Origin: Octopus sinensis
Lineage: Eukaryota
DNA: 64,000 nucleotides
Direction of reading: 5' to 3'
Assembly (NCBI RefSeq): GCF_006345805.1
Contig: NC_043000.1
Coordinates: forward strand, 76,074,001 to 76,138,000
The notes beneath the pieces were generated by a model. It had not been told where the DNA came from, did no database searches, and worked only from the letters and a program-made list of their open reading frames with translations. The position numbers were made by a program, and so were the translations under genes. Shown one piece after another: positions 50,140 through 63,729 of this stretch (its first letter is position 1; every line of letters begins with the position of its first letter).

Positions 50140-53100
50140 TAGATAAATAAATAAAATATCCAAAAATGTCCAGAACCTGGAGGAGCATGGAATTGGCATT
50201 GTTCTTGAGAGCCTGGTGATGCACTGACGGAGATAATCCGAACAACATAATTACAGCTGCGCTGAATAGCAATGATTGCACAAGGACGTTAGCACAGATA
50301 GAGTGAAAGAAGCAGGAGTTTATATAACTCCTATGCACTCACAGGATCCCACATCAGCATGCTTGATGCCATTTTTGACAACGAACAAAGCAAAGATGAC
50401 AAGGATGGAGGCACGGGTGCTGATGAAAGGTGTCACCCCCACTTGGTAGACACCCAGGACAACAAAGAAGATTCAAGTGAGAAACCTGCACGGGAAGTAA
50501 ACCCAATTGCAAGTGCCCCTACCAGCATCAAAAGCCAAAACCATGGAAATGAAAGAGCCAAAAAAGAAGTAAAAGGAAGAAAAACAAAAGATGAAACAGC
50601 CAAAGAAGGAAAAACTAAAACTCAAACTAAACCAAACGATGAAACAGCTAAGGATAGAAGCAAACTTGACTATCCATATACTTAAAAGGATAGAAAGAGA
50701 CAGCACACACAAATGTGTAAATTCTACCTGAAAGGTGTCTGCTGGCATGGAGAGGAAGGTGCAGGCTGCCGTTTTGCACACCAAAGACCCTGCCACATAA
50801 ACATGAAACAGAGCAGAAACCAACTGCCAAAAGGAAAAGGAAAGGACTACGCACCACCTGCGCCAAAACAGAGGTACACAGATGTAGTGCGTGCTACAAA
50901 CCATCAACATGTTATTGAAAGGGCAGCTGCTGAACAAGAATCTTTTTTGTGCATGGCACAAAAGATTGTACAGCAGCTAACCTGGCTCCATCAAACTCAA
51001 ACTCGCAGATGGGACTATCCACAATACACAAGACCGCCACAGCAAATAGATCCAAGGTGGACACCACTGGCAACAACACACACATCACCTCGATGCTCCT
51101 ACTGAACATCAGAGGACTGCTAACACTCAGTAACAGGACAAAGATCCCTTTCTTGAGAGACCTTGTTGCATGCAATCAAGCCTTATGCATAGCATTACGG
51201 AAACACACCTGAAACCGGACATAGCAGATGCGGAAATACACATACCACAGTATGTTGTATTACGGACCAACAGAAAAGAAAGGAGTCATGGAGAAGTTGC
51301 TATGTACATCCGCGAGGACCTCATACCCCAAGTCCTTTTGCCATACTCAAATTTGGTGTGTGACACACTAATTGTACATATAAGGCAACTTGGTGTAGTT
51401 ATATGTGCTACATATCGCCCTCCAGATGCTCCAAGCCTTATAAAAATAGAAGAAGTTCTAGTCACAGTACAACAACACATAAGTGTACTTCTTATGGGAG
51501 ACTTCAATCTGCCCAATGTCAGATGGCCCGAGGGCCTTTCTCTCCCAGGAATGACGTGATGCAAACGAGGACAGGCGACGTCTCTCCTGAACCTCATCAA
51601 CAATCTGTACATGGAGCAAATAATACTCCAACCAACCAGGGCAGGTAACATACTGGATCTCTGCTTCACAAATAATATGGATCTCATCCATAATGTGAAA
51701 GTGACACCGACACTATTCTCAGATCATAACATGGCAGTGTTGACCATGTATGGGCCAAAGGAAAGCATGAACATGCAGTCTACAAGAAACTCTCAGAATC
51801 TTTCCGGCTTGAACTTCCATAAGGCAAACTGGAAACAAATTGAGAAAGAGATCCTCAAACAAAACTGACCTGAATATCTCTCCTCGCCAGACATCGACAT
51901 GAAACTTCAACAATTCATGTCTGTAATGCAAGCCGTATGCTACAAATGTGTCCCATAGAGAAAGACCACTGTACACAAGAACAAAATCCCCAGAGATAGG
52001 AAAATTCTTATGAGACGGCGTACAAAAGTTTTAAATCGCCTAAACAAACAAATTGAAAGCAGTGAAAAGTCCCCCCTGAAAATAAAACTGTTGGAAATTG
52101 AAAAATGTCTGCAACTCTCCCATGAAAAAGAAAGAGCAGACAAAGAAGCCTGGGCTATAGACAACATAAAATCTAACCCTAGAGCGTTCTACAAGTTTTC
52201 CAAAGAAACAGCTATGGTGCACTGTAGGATAGGGCCACTCCTTGAAAAGGTTGGTACACTCACAGGAAATCCAATGAGGATAAGTGAAATACTAAATGAG
52301 CAATTCAAGAGTATTTTCACTCCACCCCTAGGGCATTTTCAAGTCAGCAATCCAACTGACTTCTTTACCACTGCAGATATAAAATCAGAGGCAACGATGA
52401 TTGATTACATCAATATAAAGGAAGACGATGTAATAAAGGCTATAGATGAAATGAACACAAACTCAGCATCTGGCCCCGATGGATTCCCAGCAATCCTTCT
52501 AAAAGTATGTAAGAGAGTCCTAGCAAGACCACTGCAGTTCCTCTTTCAGAGCTTTCTTGCAACTGGCAAACTTCCAAGAAAACTGAAGGAAGGTAAAATA
52601 TGCCCCATTCATAAAGGTGGTAGCAGAGCAGAAGCCAAGAACTACAGACCTGTCTCTCTGACCTCACACATCAGCAAGGTCATGGAACGAATAGTCAGAA
52701 GGAAACTAATTCCTTTCCTTGAAGAAAATGACTTGCTGCCTGACACCTAACATGGTTTCCGACCAGGAAGGAGCTGCCTAACTCAGCTCCTACTATGACT
52801 GGGTGCTGAAACAACTGCTCAACCACTCAAATGTGGAAGTTATATATCTCGACTTTGCAAAGGCCTTTGATAAAGTTGATCATGAAATGATATGTCACAA
52901 ACTGCGTGATCTTGGCATAGTTGGAAAATTGGGAGAATGGCTTCGTGACTTTCTGAAGGATAGAAGTCAGGTGGTAGTAGCCAATGGGGCCACCTCCATT
53001 AATACAACACAAATAGTGAGCGGTGTTCCACAAGGCAGTGTTTTGGGACCACTACTGTTCGTAATGGCCCGATCAGACATGTCTGATCAGGCCATTATCA

Positions 53101-54125
53101 CAAGTTAGGCAGATGATACAAAAGCCACGATCACAAGTTAGGCAGATGATACAAAAGTTTCACAAGCAATACAGAACCCTGAAGACACTATGCACCTGCA
53201 ATGTGAGCTGGACAAAATATACAAGTGGGCTGAAAAGAATAGCATGCAGTTCAATGCTGAAAAGTTTCAAGCTATATGCTATCAGCATGCAAAACTAAAT
53301 GCAATACCCAATAAATACACTGGACCTGGAGGGATTGCAATCCCAGAGGCACAATCAGTGCTAGACCTGGGTATTTACATGAGTAATGATGCAACCTTTT
53401 GTGTGCATGTTGCCAAATTGGCAATGAAATGTAGGCGGCTGACTAGATGGATTCTTAGAACCTTTAGAACAAGAGACCAGGAAACCGTGATGGTCCTCTG
53501 GAGGACACTTGTCCTAAGCCACTTTGACTATTGCTTTCAGCTATGGTCACCAACCAGTGTCAAATTAATCACAGAACTTGAGGCGATCTAACGAAGCTAC
53601 ACGAAGAAGATAGCCTCTGTGCAGCATATAAGCTATTGGGAAAGACTCAAGAGATTAAGACTCTATCCCTTAGAGCGTAGGCGAGAAAGATATGCCATAA
53701 TATACATCCGGAAGATCCTGGAAGGACTTGTCCCAAACTTAGGCATCGAGAGTTACAAATACTAGAACTGGGCGTCACTGCATAGTGCCAAGGACTCCAA
53801 ATTTGCCATCAAGATGTAGGACAAGATACTGTGATAGCCTGGGCTTCAGAGGTCCACAGCTCTTCAATATCCTCCCGAAGGACCTGAGAGACCTGCATGG
53901 GGTGGATGCAGATGTCTTTAAAATAAAACTGGATCTCTTCCTGTCAGGTGTCCCAGATGAACCAACTTCATGGCAGGAGGTGCAGATGAGGGCAGCTGCA
54001 TCGACTCTCTCATGCACCAAATGGCAATTGCTAAAAAGCATTCGTGAAGTAAAATCATGTAGCAACACTGAATGGCAGTGCCCCAGTATGGCCAAAGCTT
54101 GTGAGCTGACACTAGATAAGATAAA
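50140..54125 (+). mobile_element. Decayed CR1-group LINE with CCCH zinc finger in ORF1
   Basis: ORF1 fragment CKFYLKGVCWHGEEGAGCRFAH. APE (LLNIRGL, ITETHL, LMGDFNLP). RT (NYRPVSLTSHISKVMERI, YLDFAKAFDKVDH, SGVPQGSVLGPLLF, ADDTK). GATAA tail. Confidence 0.88.
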
Positions 54126-54323
54126 AATATACATACATATATATATATATATAAAGTTTGCCGAAACTATGCATAGTCCAGAGATGAAAGGGGTAAACGG
54201 TTTTATTTCTCTTTCTATTTCAGAATTACAACTATTTAGCGGTTTGAGTTTGGTTGCTCTTTCTGGTGAGTTGAATGTCCTATTATGGCCATTCCTTATA
54301 TTGTTGGTTGTATATATATATTA

Positions 54324-54363
<40 letters not shown>

Positions 54364-54391
54364 TATATATATAATATATATATATATATAT

Positions 54392-54600
54392 ACTCTTTTA
54401 CTTGTTTCAGTCATTTGACTGCGGCCATGCTGGAGCACCGCCTTTAGTCAAGCAAATCGACCCCGGGACTTATTCTTTGTAAGCCCAGTACTTATTCTAT
54501 CAGTCTCTTTTGCCGAACCGCTAGTTGACGGGGACATAAACACACCAGCATCGGTTGTCAAGCAATGCTAGGGGGACAAACACAGACACACAAACAAACA
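54392..54600 (-). mobile_element. SINE family 1, tail half only
   Basis: Matches the tail half of 1206-1594 and breaks at the internal microsatellite. Confidence 0.75.
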
Positions 54601-54601
54601 C

Positions 54602-54634
<33 letters not shown>

Positions 54635-54705
54635 CGTGTTTATTTATGTATATATATATGTGTGTGTGTGTGTGGTGTGTGTGTGTGTGTCTATCTATCT
54701 ATCTA

Positions 54706-54759
<54 letters not shown>

Positions 54760-55028
54760 TAATTCATTTTTGGGGATTATTAGATATGTGGGTATTCTAT
54801 TTCAGTTAATACAAAAAAATAACTTAATGAGTATCTCTGAAGGTAAACTCATGGTATCTATTTGCACATCAGGAAATAATACTTTAAAGGATATAACAAG
54901 TATACCAGCAGGTATACTTCCTCAATTATTTCCTACTTAAGTTAAAATTAAAATTATCAATTATGCAGGAACTACACTTGTTTCAGTATTGGAAGATTAT
55001 AATACATATACATATACATATATATATA

Positions 55029-55777
55029 CTAGCTTAAGGTGACCCGCTCTACGTGTGGGTAAGAGTGTGGTTGTTGCTTTCTGTTGCTTCTTTTCTGTTT
55101 TTTATCACAACATTCTCTCTCATTGTTTTTCTCTCACTTTCTCACTCTCTTACTCTTCCTTTCTCTCGGACTCTCCCTCGCTTTCTCTTACTCTCTATCT
55201 TTCTCTGTCTATCTCTCTCCCATTTATAAACAACAAAAGATCTTGAGTAAGTTGAGAAAGAAAATATTTTGAAAGATGAATCATAAATATCAGACAGTGA
55301 CAACGGAAAGGTCTGCTTCAAGGCAGACAGCAAAACGCTAACATTTAAAAGGGACAGACGAACTTGCGAGCTGAATAAAAATAAAAAAATATTGGAAACC
55401 AAAGTTTGAAAGGATAGAATCTGAGGATAGTAGAGTCACCATGGCTGGCATTTCTTAATGACGGACAGCAACGTAGTGGCAGTTTAACGGCTGGCATAAA
55501 ATTTTGAACTTGATGTAAAAGAAAATTCTTAAACACCTGCTCGTGTAAATTTTAATCTCCTTCCAGCCCCATTTAGACCCCTTTTCACATTTTGGTTAAT
55601 ATAACCCGATTTCATTCGGATCTACTCGGGCCCCATTTTATAAGAGGAGGAATTATGTCCTAGAGGTCACGCCTTTCATTTGAGGAAAAAAATAGTTGCC
55701 ATGCAAACTCGCCAGCACTTTTAACATAGGTGTGCATATTTTCAGCTCAACTGACCACATAATGCACACATTATATG

Positions 55778-55826
<49 letters not shown>

Positions 55827-56325
55827 CAGATATATACACTTTGTATATATACATTCTATATACGTATTTCTATATAGAACACACACACACATATAAATTA
55901 ACCCAATAAATATCTGATTCATAATATTTGTTCTCATGATTGTGTGGTGGTGGTGGCGATGATAATTATCTCTATGAATGCAGACAGACGTAGAGAGAGA
56001 GGGGAGGGATGTGGGAGAAATAGTGACAGCGCTGGCGAAGGCAGCAGGGGAAAGACAGTAGATGCTATCAAACAACGTTACAGAGAGAAAGGAAGGGAGG
56101 AAAGAGAGGTGGAGGAAGACAGGCAGATAAGAGAATGAGAGCAGACTTGTCAAAGTGTTTTTTTTGCCCTAGTAACCACACCTTTTAAGATAGCCCACTC
56201 ACATCCTCACCTCATTTTACATGTCCCTGTAAATTTTGGAGTCAATCCGACGGGATCTAGTGCCTTTTAACCCATTCCAGTGCCAAAACCAGACAAACAA
56301 ACTTTTCGCATTTCAGATTTATAGA
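55029..56325 (-). mobile_element. Non-autonomous Helitron
   Basis: Minus-strand 5' end A|TCTATAAATCTGAAATGCGAAAAG. The 3' end has hairpin 55042-55060, then 9 nt, then CTAG|T. AT target; no TSD. Confidence 0.7.
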
Positions 56326-57029
56326 TATTGATATGCAATCATCATATTTACAATTCTACCAACACATTAAGCGATACATTAAACATTAAAATGAAAAATT
56401 ATACTTTATAAAGCTAAGAATTATGAATTATAAATATGAATTAGTATACATATATCAAACTTATAAAGTCAAGCATATAATGTCAAATACAAAATATAAC
56501 ATCAGAATAAGAATGTCTGTGATTAAATGTGAAAAATAACATAAAAAATGCAGATAGATATCCTCCTTTTATGGAACCAAGATGTTTTTCAAAATGGCGA
56601 TTATAGGAAGTGAAGATAGCAGAGTACTATGGGAATTTATAGGTGATTAGTACCAAAGAGGGTAATTCCACTCTGCATAGTTCAAATTATCTTCTATTAT
56701 TATCTTCAAACTATGTTGAGGGATATATATAATTTGTTATAATATAATTTTTAGTAATATTTAACTAATTTAATTATTTACATAATCTATTCAAGTACTG
56801 TAGAAATCAAAAGTTTGTGGTTATTAGATTCAAAGGGGTGGTTCAGTATTTCCTTTTAGTGAAAGTAAAATTACTTTTGTGTCAACATTTAACTCCTCAT
56901 TCATTGTATGTGGTTAGTAATTCATCTCTAGATTGTAGCAGTTTCATAAATTCTGTTATACTTAATAAACACATTTTATTGCCATATTAAATGCAGAGAA
57001 GATCCAATATAATCAAATTAATTCTAGCA

Positions 57030-57331
57030 ATAAAAGGCCACGTAAAACTAGAACTAGGAAAGTTTTGTGGTTTAACCCCGCAGTTAATATGGCTGTAAAA
57101 ACTAATATAGGTAGAGAATTCTTAAAATTAGTTTCTAAGTATTTTCAATCTAGCAGGAGTGGCTGTGTGGTAAGTAGCTTGCTAACCAACCACATGGTTC
57201 CAGGTTCAGTCCCACTGCGTGACATCTTGGGCAAGTGTCTTCTGCTATAGCCCCGGGCCGACCAATGCCTTGTGAGTGGATTTGGTAGAAGGAAACTGAA
57301 AGAAGCCTGTCGTATATATGTATATATATAT

Positions 57332-57376
<45 letters not shown>

Positions 57377-58280
57377 TATATATATTTATATATATGTATG
57401 TGTGTGTGTTTGTTCCCCTAGCATTGCTTGACAATTGATGCTAGTGTGTTTACGTCCCCCGTCACTTAGCAGTTCGGCAAAAGAGACCGATAGAATAAGT
57501 ACTGGGCTTACAAAGAATAAGCCCCAGGTCGATTTGCTCGACTAAAGGCGGTGCTCCAGCATGGCCGCAGTCAAATGACTGAAACAAGTAAAAGAGTAAA
57601 GAGTAAGAGTAGCCATCAGTTCTATAGAATATTTAATAGGAGAACACTGAAGGTTAGCTATTCTTGTTGCAAAAACTTCACCTCTTTTACTAGCCAGCAT
57701 AACACAAAAATTATTACAGACAACTACAGTGCAGAATCCAATCTGAGGAACTGCAACTGCAAAGATGAGACTTGCAGTCTGTTGGAAGGAAAATGTCTTG
57801 AAAAAGGTATTGTTTATAGAGCCAAAGTGCAGGTAGATAGAACTGCAAGAATATAAAACATAGGGGCTTCAGAAAATTCATTTAAGACTCGATTCTATTC
57901 CAACCGAAATTCTTTCCGATACCTCAAGAACAGGACAGCGACTAGTCTTGCAAAGCATGTCTGGGAATTGAAAGAGAATGACACCCGTCCTTTCAATGTA
58001 ATCTGGAAAATTCTAGAAGAAGCATCAGCATACAGACATGGAACTTATAAAAGACCTATGAAATGTAATCTTTGCCTCTCAGAGAAGTTCTTCATCCTGT
58101 TCCAGGATAAAAATGCTTTGAACCAGAGACGTGAGCTCTTAAATTCCTGCAGGCACATCGCAAAATTTAAAATGTCAACCAACAAAATACCTGTATGGGT
58201 AAAATGCTTTGACTTACAAAATATATTTTTTGAATTTGACTTTACACGGTATAGTTATTTTGCATCGCAACGCTAGTGTA
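57030..58280 (+). mobile_element. Penelope-like element D 3' part, interrupted by a SINE
   Basis: VLWFNPAVNMAVKTNIGREFLKLVSKYF continues after the SINE as SSHQFYRIFNRRTLKVSYSC...CNCK..GKCLEKGIVY and CNLCLSEKFFI..LNQRRELLNSCRH. Confidence 0.85.
57154..57610 (+). mobile_element. SINE family 1 copy with expanded internal (TA)n
   Basis: Head caggagtggctgtgtggtaag; splits the PLE D reading frame. Confidence 0.85.
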
Positions 58281-58942
58281 TATTTCAACTTCATTTTTAA
58301 GAAAGCCTTTCACTGTTTTACAAATTTAAGCTTAAGCTTCGCTGAGCTTTATTCTTATTATTTACTCATGTATTTAATTATGTTAAATCAAATTAATGCA
58401 CAATTTCCTTATTTTGACATTTTAATATTATATACACCCGACAGTTTTTTTAATTGTTTGCATATATATATTATGATGTAGATTTGTCTCTATATATTTA
58501 TGTGCATGTATGTATTGTAGGTATTGTATGTATGTATGTGTGCGTGTATAAACATGTGCATGTGTATGTATGCATATATATATGTATAAATACATACATA
58601 TATGCATACATATTTTTCTATTTTTGTATATTTGTATGCATATCTATATGTGTATATATTTGTACTTACATGGATATACATGTAATTTTATGTGTGCATT
58701 TTTATGTGTTCGTTGCGCAAGCTACTGAAGTATCTAATTGTCAGTGGTTACTTTCGAGCACCATGATGTAACATTTTCTGCTCCTATCTAGTTTTTCCTC
58801 TTTCTCTCATTAGTTTCCTGTTTCTTTCTTTTATTTCTTTTTTCTTCTCCACTGTTTTCTTCCTCCTGCCCCATACTTGATATTTTTTTTCTCTTTCTTT
58901 CATCTGTAACACCAGATTTTGTGCATGTGCATACATATATAT

Positions 58943-61900
58943 ATCATCATCATCATCATCGTTTAACGTCCGTTCTCCATGCTAGCATGGGTTGGATGGT
59001 TCGACCGGGGATCTGGGTAGCCAGAAGGCTGCACCAGGCTCCAGTCTTATCTGGCAATGTTCCTACAGCTGGATGCCCTTCCTAACGCCAACCACTCCGT
59101 GAGTGTAGTGGGTGCGTTTTACATGCCACCCGCACAGGTGCCAGGCGAGGCTGGCAACGGCCACGGTCGGATTGGTGCATTTTAGTGCCACCGGCACGGA
59201 AGCCAGTCGAGGCGGTGCTGGCATCGGCCACGATTCGGATAGTGCTTTTTACGTACCACCAGTCCAGGGGTTCTGGCATCTGCCGGGTGCCAGTCATAGG
59301 ATTGGTTCAATTTCGATTCCGATTCCGATTTCGATTTCACTTGCCCCAACATGTCTTCGCAAGCAAAGGGGGTTGGCATGGGTGCCTGTCGTCGGATGAG
59401 GCTCGATATCGACTTCGCTTGCCTTAACAGGTCTTTGTGTCCAAGGGAGGAAAGGCATGCATAAGTGGGCTGGGCTCACTTGTCCTGCCTGGTCTTCTCA
59501 CATACAGCATATTTCCAAAGGTCTCGGTCGCTGGTCATTTCCTCAGTGAGGCCTAAAGTTCGAAGGTCGTGCTTTACCACCTCGTCCCAGGTTTTCCTGA
59601 GTCTACCCCTTCCACGGGTTCCCTCAACTGCTAGGGATTGGCACCTTTTCACACCTATCTTCATCCATTCTCGCCACATGACCATACCAGCGCAATCATC
59701 TTTCTTGCACACCACAACTGATGCTTCTTAGGTACAACATTTCTCTATGTATGTACACTGACATTACACATCCATTGGAGCATACTGGCTTCATTCCTCG
59801 CAAGCTTACGCATGTCCTCAGCAGTCACGGCCCATGTTTCACTGCCATGTAGCATGGCTGTTCGTACACATGCATCATACAGTCTGCCTTTTACTCTGAG
59901 CGAGAGGCCTTTAGTCACCAGCAGAGGTAAGAGCTCCCTAAACTTTGCCCAGGCTATTCTTATTCTAGCAGTTACACTTTCAACGCACCCACCCCCACTA
60001 CTGACTTGGTCACCTAGATAACGGAAGCTATCAACTACTTCTAGTTTTTCCCCCTGGAAAGTGACGGAAGTTGTTTTCTGCAGATTTTCGGAGGTTAATG
60101 CTCCCGAGCATCTGCCACATACAAAAACTATCTTCCCAGTTAGCCTACCTTTGACATTGCTGCACCTCTTATGTGTCCATAGCTTACACTGGGTACATCT
60201 TATAGAGTTTCTACCTACACCTTTTCTACAGATTGAGCAGGGCCATCTTCCTGAAGACACTTGTGGATTGTCTACCTTCCTACTTATTAGTACTTTGGTT
60301 TTAGCTAGGTTGACTCTAAGGCCCCTCGATTCTAAACCCTCCTTCCACACCTGGAACTTCCCCTCCAGTTCTGATAGTGAGTCAGCAATTAGAGCAAGGT
60401 CGTCAGCATAGAGGAGCTCCCAGGGGTACCCTGTCTTGAATTCCTCCGTAATTGCCTGGAGGACTATGATAAATAGGAGGGGGCTGAGTACTGAACCCTG
60501 GTGGACCCCAACCTCTACTTTGAATTCTTCTGTGTACATGTTGCCAACCCTAACCTTACTTACGGCATCTCTGTACATGGCTTGCACAGCCCTCACCAGG
60601 CATTCATCTATCCCTAGTTTCCTCATTGACCACAAGATAAGGGATCGGGGGACCCTGTCAAAGGCTTTCTCCATGTCAACGAAAGCCAGGTACAGGGGCT
60701 TATCTTCGGCTAGGTATTTCTCCTGCAGCTGCCTTACCAGGAATATAGCATCAGTGGTACTTTTCCCTGGCACGAACCCAAACTGCATCTCATCTAAACT
60801 AACTCTCTCTCTAATTAGTTGGGCTATGACCCTCTCCGTAACCTTCATTACCTGATCCAACAGCTTGATACCTCTGTAATTATTTGTATCTAGGGCATCA
60901 CCTTTACCTTTGTAGCAGTTGACTAGTATGCTGCTACACCAGTCATTGGGTATGACTCCTTCGTGTATCACCTGGTTGACTATACGGGTGGCTAGGTTTT
61001 GGTCGACACTGCCAGATATTTTGAGCATCTCTGCAGTAATTCCTGATGGGCCTGGGGCTTTCCCTGTCTTCATGCTTCTAATTGCTTTAACTACCAAAGA
61101 ATTGTCAACTCGGATGGCTGGTCCCTCTGTTGGGTTGACATTCGGCAGACTCTCTTTATCCCATTCATTTTCTTTATTCAGCAACCTTTCATAGTGGCAT
61201 CTCCAAACCTCTCTCCTTGCATCCTCATTTAGCGCAAGTGAAGCATCATCCATGCGGACACATTTCTCTCCTACCACATCACAATTCTCTCTCACACACT
61301 GTCTTGCAACACGAAATACCTCAAGTCTTTCATCCTCACGGCTCAGAACATTGGCAAATTTTTTCTTATCCGCTTCCCCTCTGGCTAAATAAACCTGTCT
61401 CCTAGCTTCCCTTCTGGCAGTCTGATACAATTCCCTGCTACCACCGTTCTTCCAGTCCTTCCAAGCCTGTCTCTTTTGTCTAATAGCCCTGTCAACCACA
61501 GTGTTCCACCACCACGTTACTCTGGGTCGAGATGGTACTTTGCTCCATCCACAGATCTGGTCAGTGGCTGTCAGCAGATTGTCCCGTAGAAATCTCCAGT
61601 TGTCTTCCACATTAAGTGAAGCTATATCCCCTTCTATTTCGTCAAAGGCTTCGAGTTGTATGTCTCTAAATCTCTGTCCATTTGCAGGATCTTTAAGCTT
61701 CCAGACCCTTCTCCTCCAAGCTGGTCTTCTTCTGGGCAACCATTTAGCTCTGATCCTGAAGTCGCTAACTACTAACCTATGTTGAGGAGTACATTCTTCG
61801 CCTGGAAAGGTTTTGGCATTTATAAGCAGCCCTCTTTCCCTTTTTCTGGCAAGGATGTAGTCAATCTGGCTAGTGTGTCTGCCAGAACGGTAGGTGACTA

Positions 61901-62650
61901 GGTGAGAGGTGGGTTTCCTGAAGTTGGTATTGCAGACCATAAGGTCATTTGCATCGCAGAACTCCAGCAGCCTGGTTCCCTCCTCATTACGAGAGCCAAA
62001 ACCACAGCTTCCATGAACGCCATGGAAGCCCCCGACATGCGGCCCAACATGTCCATTGAAATCACCTGCCACGAAGAGAAGGTCACTGTCAACGAGGTAG
62101 TCCGCAATAGGGTGTCATAGAATTGGTCTTTTTGTCCTTCCAGTAGCCCTGGTTGAGGGGCATATGCCGAGATGATGGTAGCTGACCTATGGTGAAGCAC
62201 TAATCTAATTTTAAGTACTCTGTCACTTACTCTGACTACCTCAATTACCTTATCTACCCATTTCTCCACACGAAGTATACCCACGCCCCCGACCCTGTCA
62301 GTGTTCCCTGCCCAGAAAATCTTGTACCTGTGTTCCTTGCCTGTGAGGAGCCTAGCGGAACCTCCTCTCCACCTTACTTCCTGGATGCAGCATAAATCCA
62401 CACGTCTCCATTCAAGCAGCTCTACAATCTCTCCAGACCTACCTTTCAATGTGCCAACATTGAGTGTGCCAACTCTGAGGGTGTGGGAGGTGTTGGCCTC
62501 TGAGACCCTGGGATGAGGGACAGCCATGTCATGTACATGAAAAGAAAGCTTGCATTTGGCAGATTTCATATGGAAACACTAGACTACAACCTGCATACAT
62601 TTCACAGTTTTTGCGCTATATGATCAAATAAACCCTACATAGAGGTGTGA
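58943..62650 (-). mobile_element. Near full-length RTE-clade LINE
   Basis: APE ORF 61898-62569 (LRVGTLNVGTL, LCCIQEVRW), frameshift to 775-aa ORF 59745-62072 (GDFNGHVG, QFGFVPGKSTTDAIF, LLYADDL), C-terminal fragment 59476-59715, long 3' UTR and (GAT)n tail. Confidence 0.92.
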
Positions 62651-62692
62651 GTGGGGGTATACTCGGGGGGGGGGGTAGTCAAGTAAGACAGG

Positions 62693-62848
62693 GGTAGAAA
62701 CATCCGGTATTGGTGGAGGGGGTGGGAGGGCGGTAGAAACTTCCGGCATCGGTGGATGGGGTGGGAGGATGGTAGAAACTTCCGGTATCGGTGGGGGTGG
62801 TGGGAGGGCGGTAGAAACTTCCGGTATTGGTGGAGGGGGTGGGAGGGC
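62693..62848. repeat. 4 x 39-bp G-rich tandem repeat with CCGGAAGT motifs
   Basis: Units at 62693, 62732, 62771 and 62810; consensus ggtagaaacttccggtattggtggagggggtgggagggc. Confidence 0.92.
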
Positions 62849-62852
62849 GGGC

Positions 62853-63589
62853 GAACCAACCTCGAAGCAACGATTTTGAATATAATTCGTAGGGAATTCT
62901 CTGCAACAGAATTACTGAATTTGAGGGGAAAAATAATTAGATAAATGAAAATCAGAGAGAGACAGCCAGTCAGAGCCTTAGAAGCAAGTAATAAATAAAT
63001 AAATATGATACAATACGAGGGAGAAGAATATTTTGAAGGGGAATGGAATACAGCGAGGACAGCCCTGAAAGTAGAGGAGGAATTTAAAAATGCATGAAGA
63101 AGCCATGTTTAGAAATAAATAGAGAAACGAAGGGGGAGCGGATTAGGGTTACCAATCAAACACTTAAAAATATGAATGAAACAGGTTGAAAGTTAAAGTC
63201 TTAGCTGGCCATTTTTCTGAGAATCCATGTTTTGTCAGGAAGATGCAGTGAGTATGAGGGAGGGAATACGATCGTCCGCTGGTTTATAAAGAGTTAGGGA
63301 TTTCTGTGGGGGGTCAGGAACACGAGGAGAGAGAGAGAGAGAGCAAAGGAGCAACGAGTTTGAATATAATTCGAAGGGAACCAACCTTGAAGCAACGAGT
63401 TTGAATATAATTTGTAGGGAATTCTCTGCAACAAAATTACTGAATTTGAGGGGAAAAATAATTAGATAAATGAAAATCAGAGAGAGACAGCGAGTCAGAG
63501 CCTTAGAAGCAAGTAATAAATAAATAAATACGGTACAATACGAGGGAGAAGAATATTTTGAAGGGGAATGGAATACAGCGAGGATAGCC
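62853..63589. repeat. About 212-bp direct repeat pair (62853-63064 / 63378-63589)
   Basis: High-identity copies offset by 525 bp, plus a short partial extra unit at about 63350-63377. Confidence 0.88.
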
Positions 63590-63729
63590 ATGCATTTGTA
63601 TATATATTTATGTCTTGCCTATACATCTCTGTATATGTATGTAGCTATGTACATGCGTCTGCATGTTTAGTGTATATATGTATATTATAGATGGTTTGGT
63701 ATGTGCATATGGTATGGGTTGGTTGGTTT

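Noticed and set aside
62693-62848. Regular 39-bp (and 24-bp at 11248) repeats as possible CRISPR arrays
   Set aside because: Head-to-tail units with no unique spacers and no cas genes.
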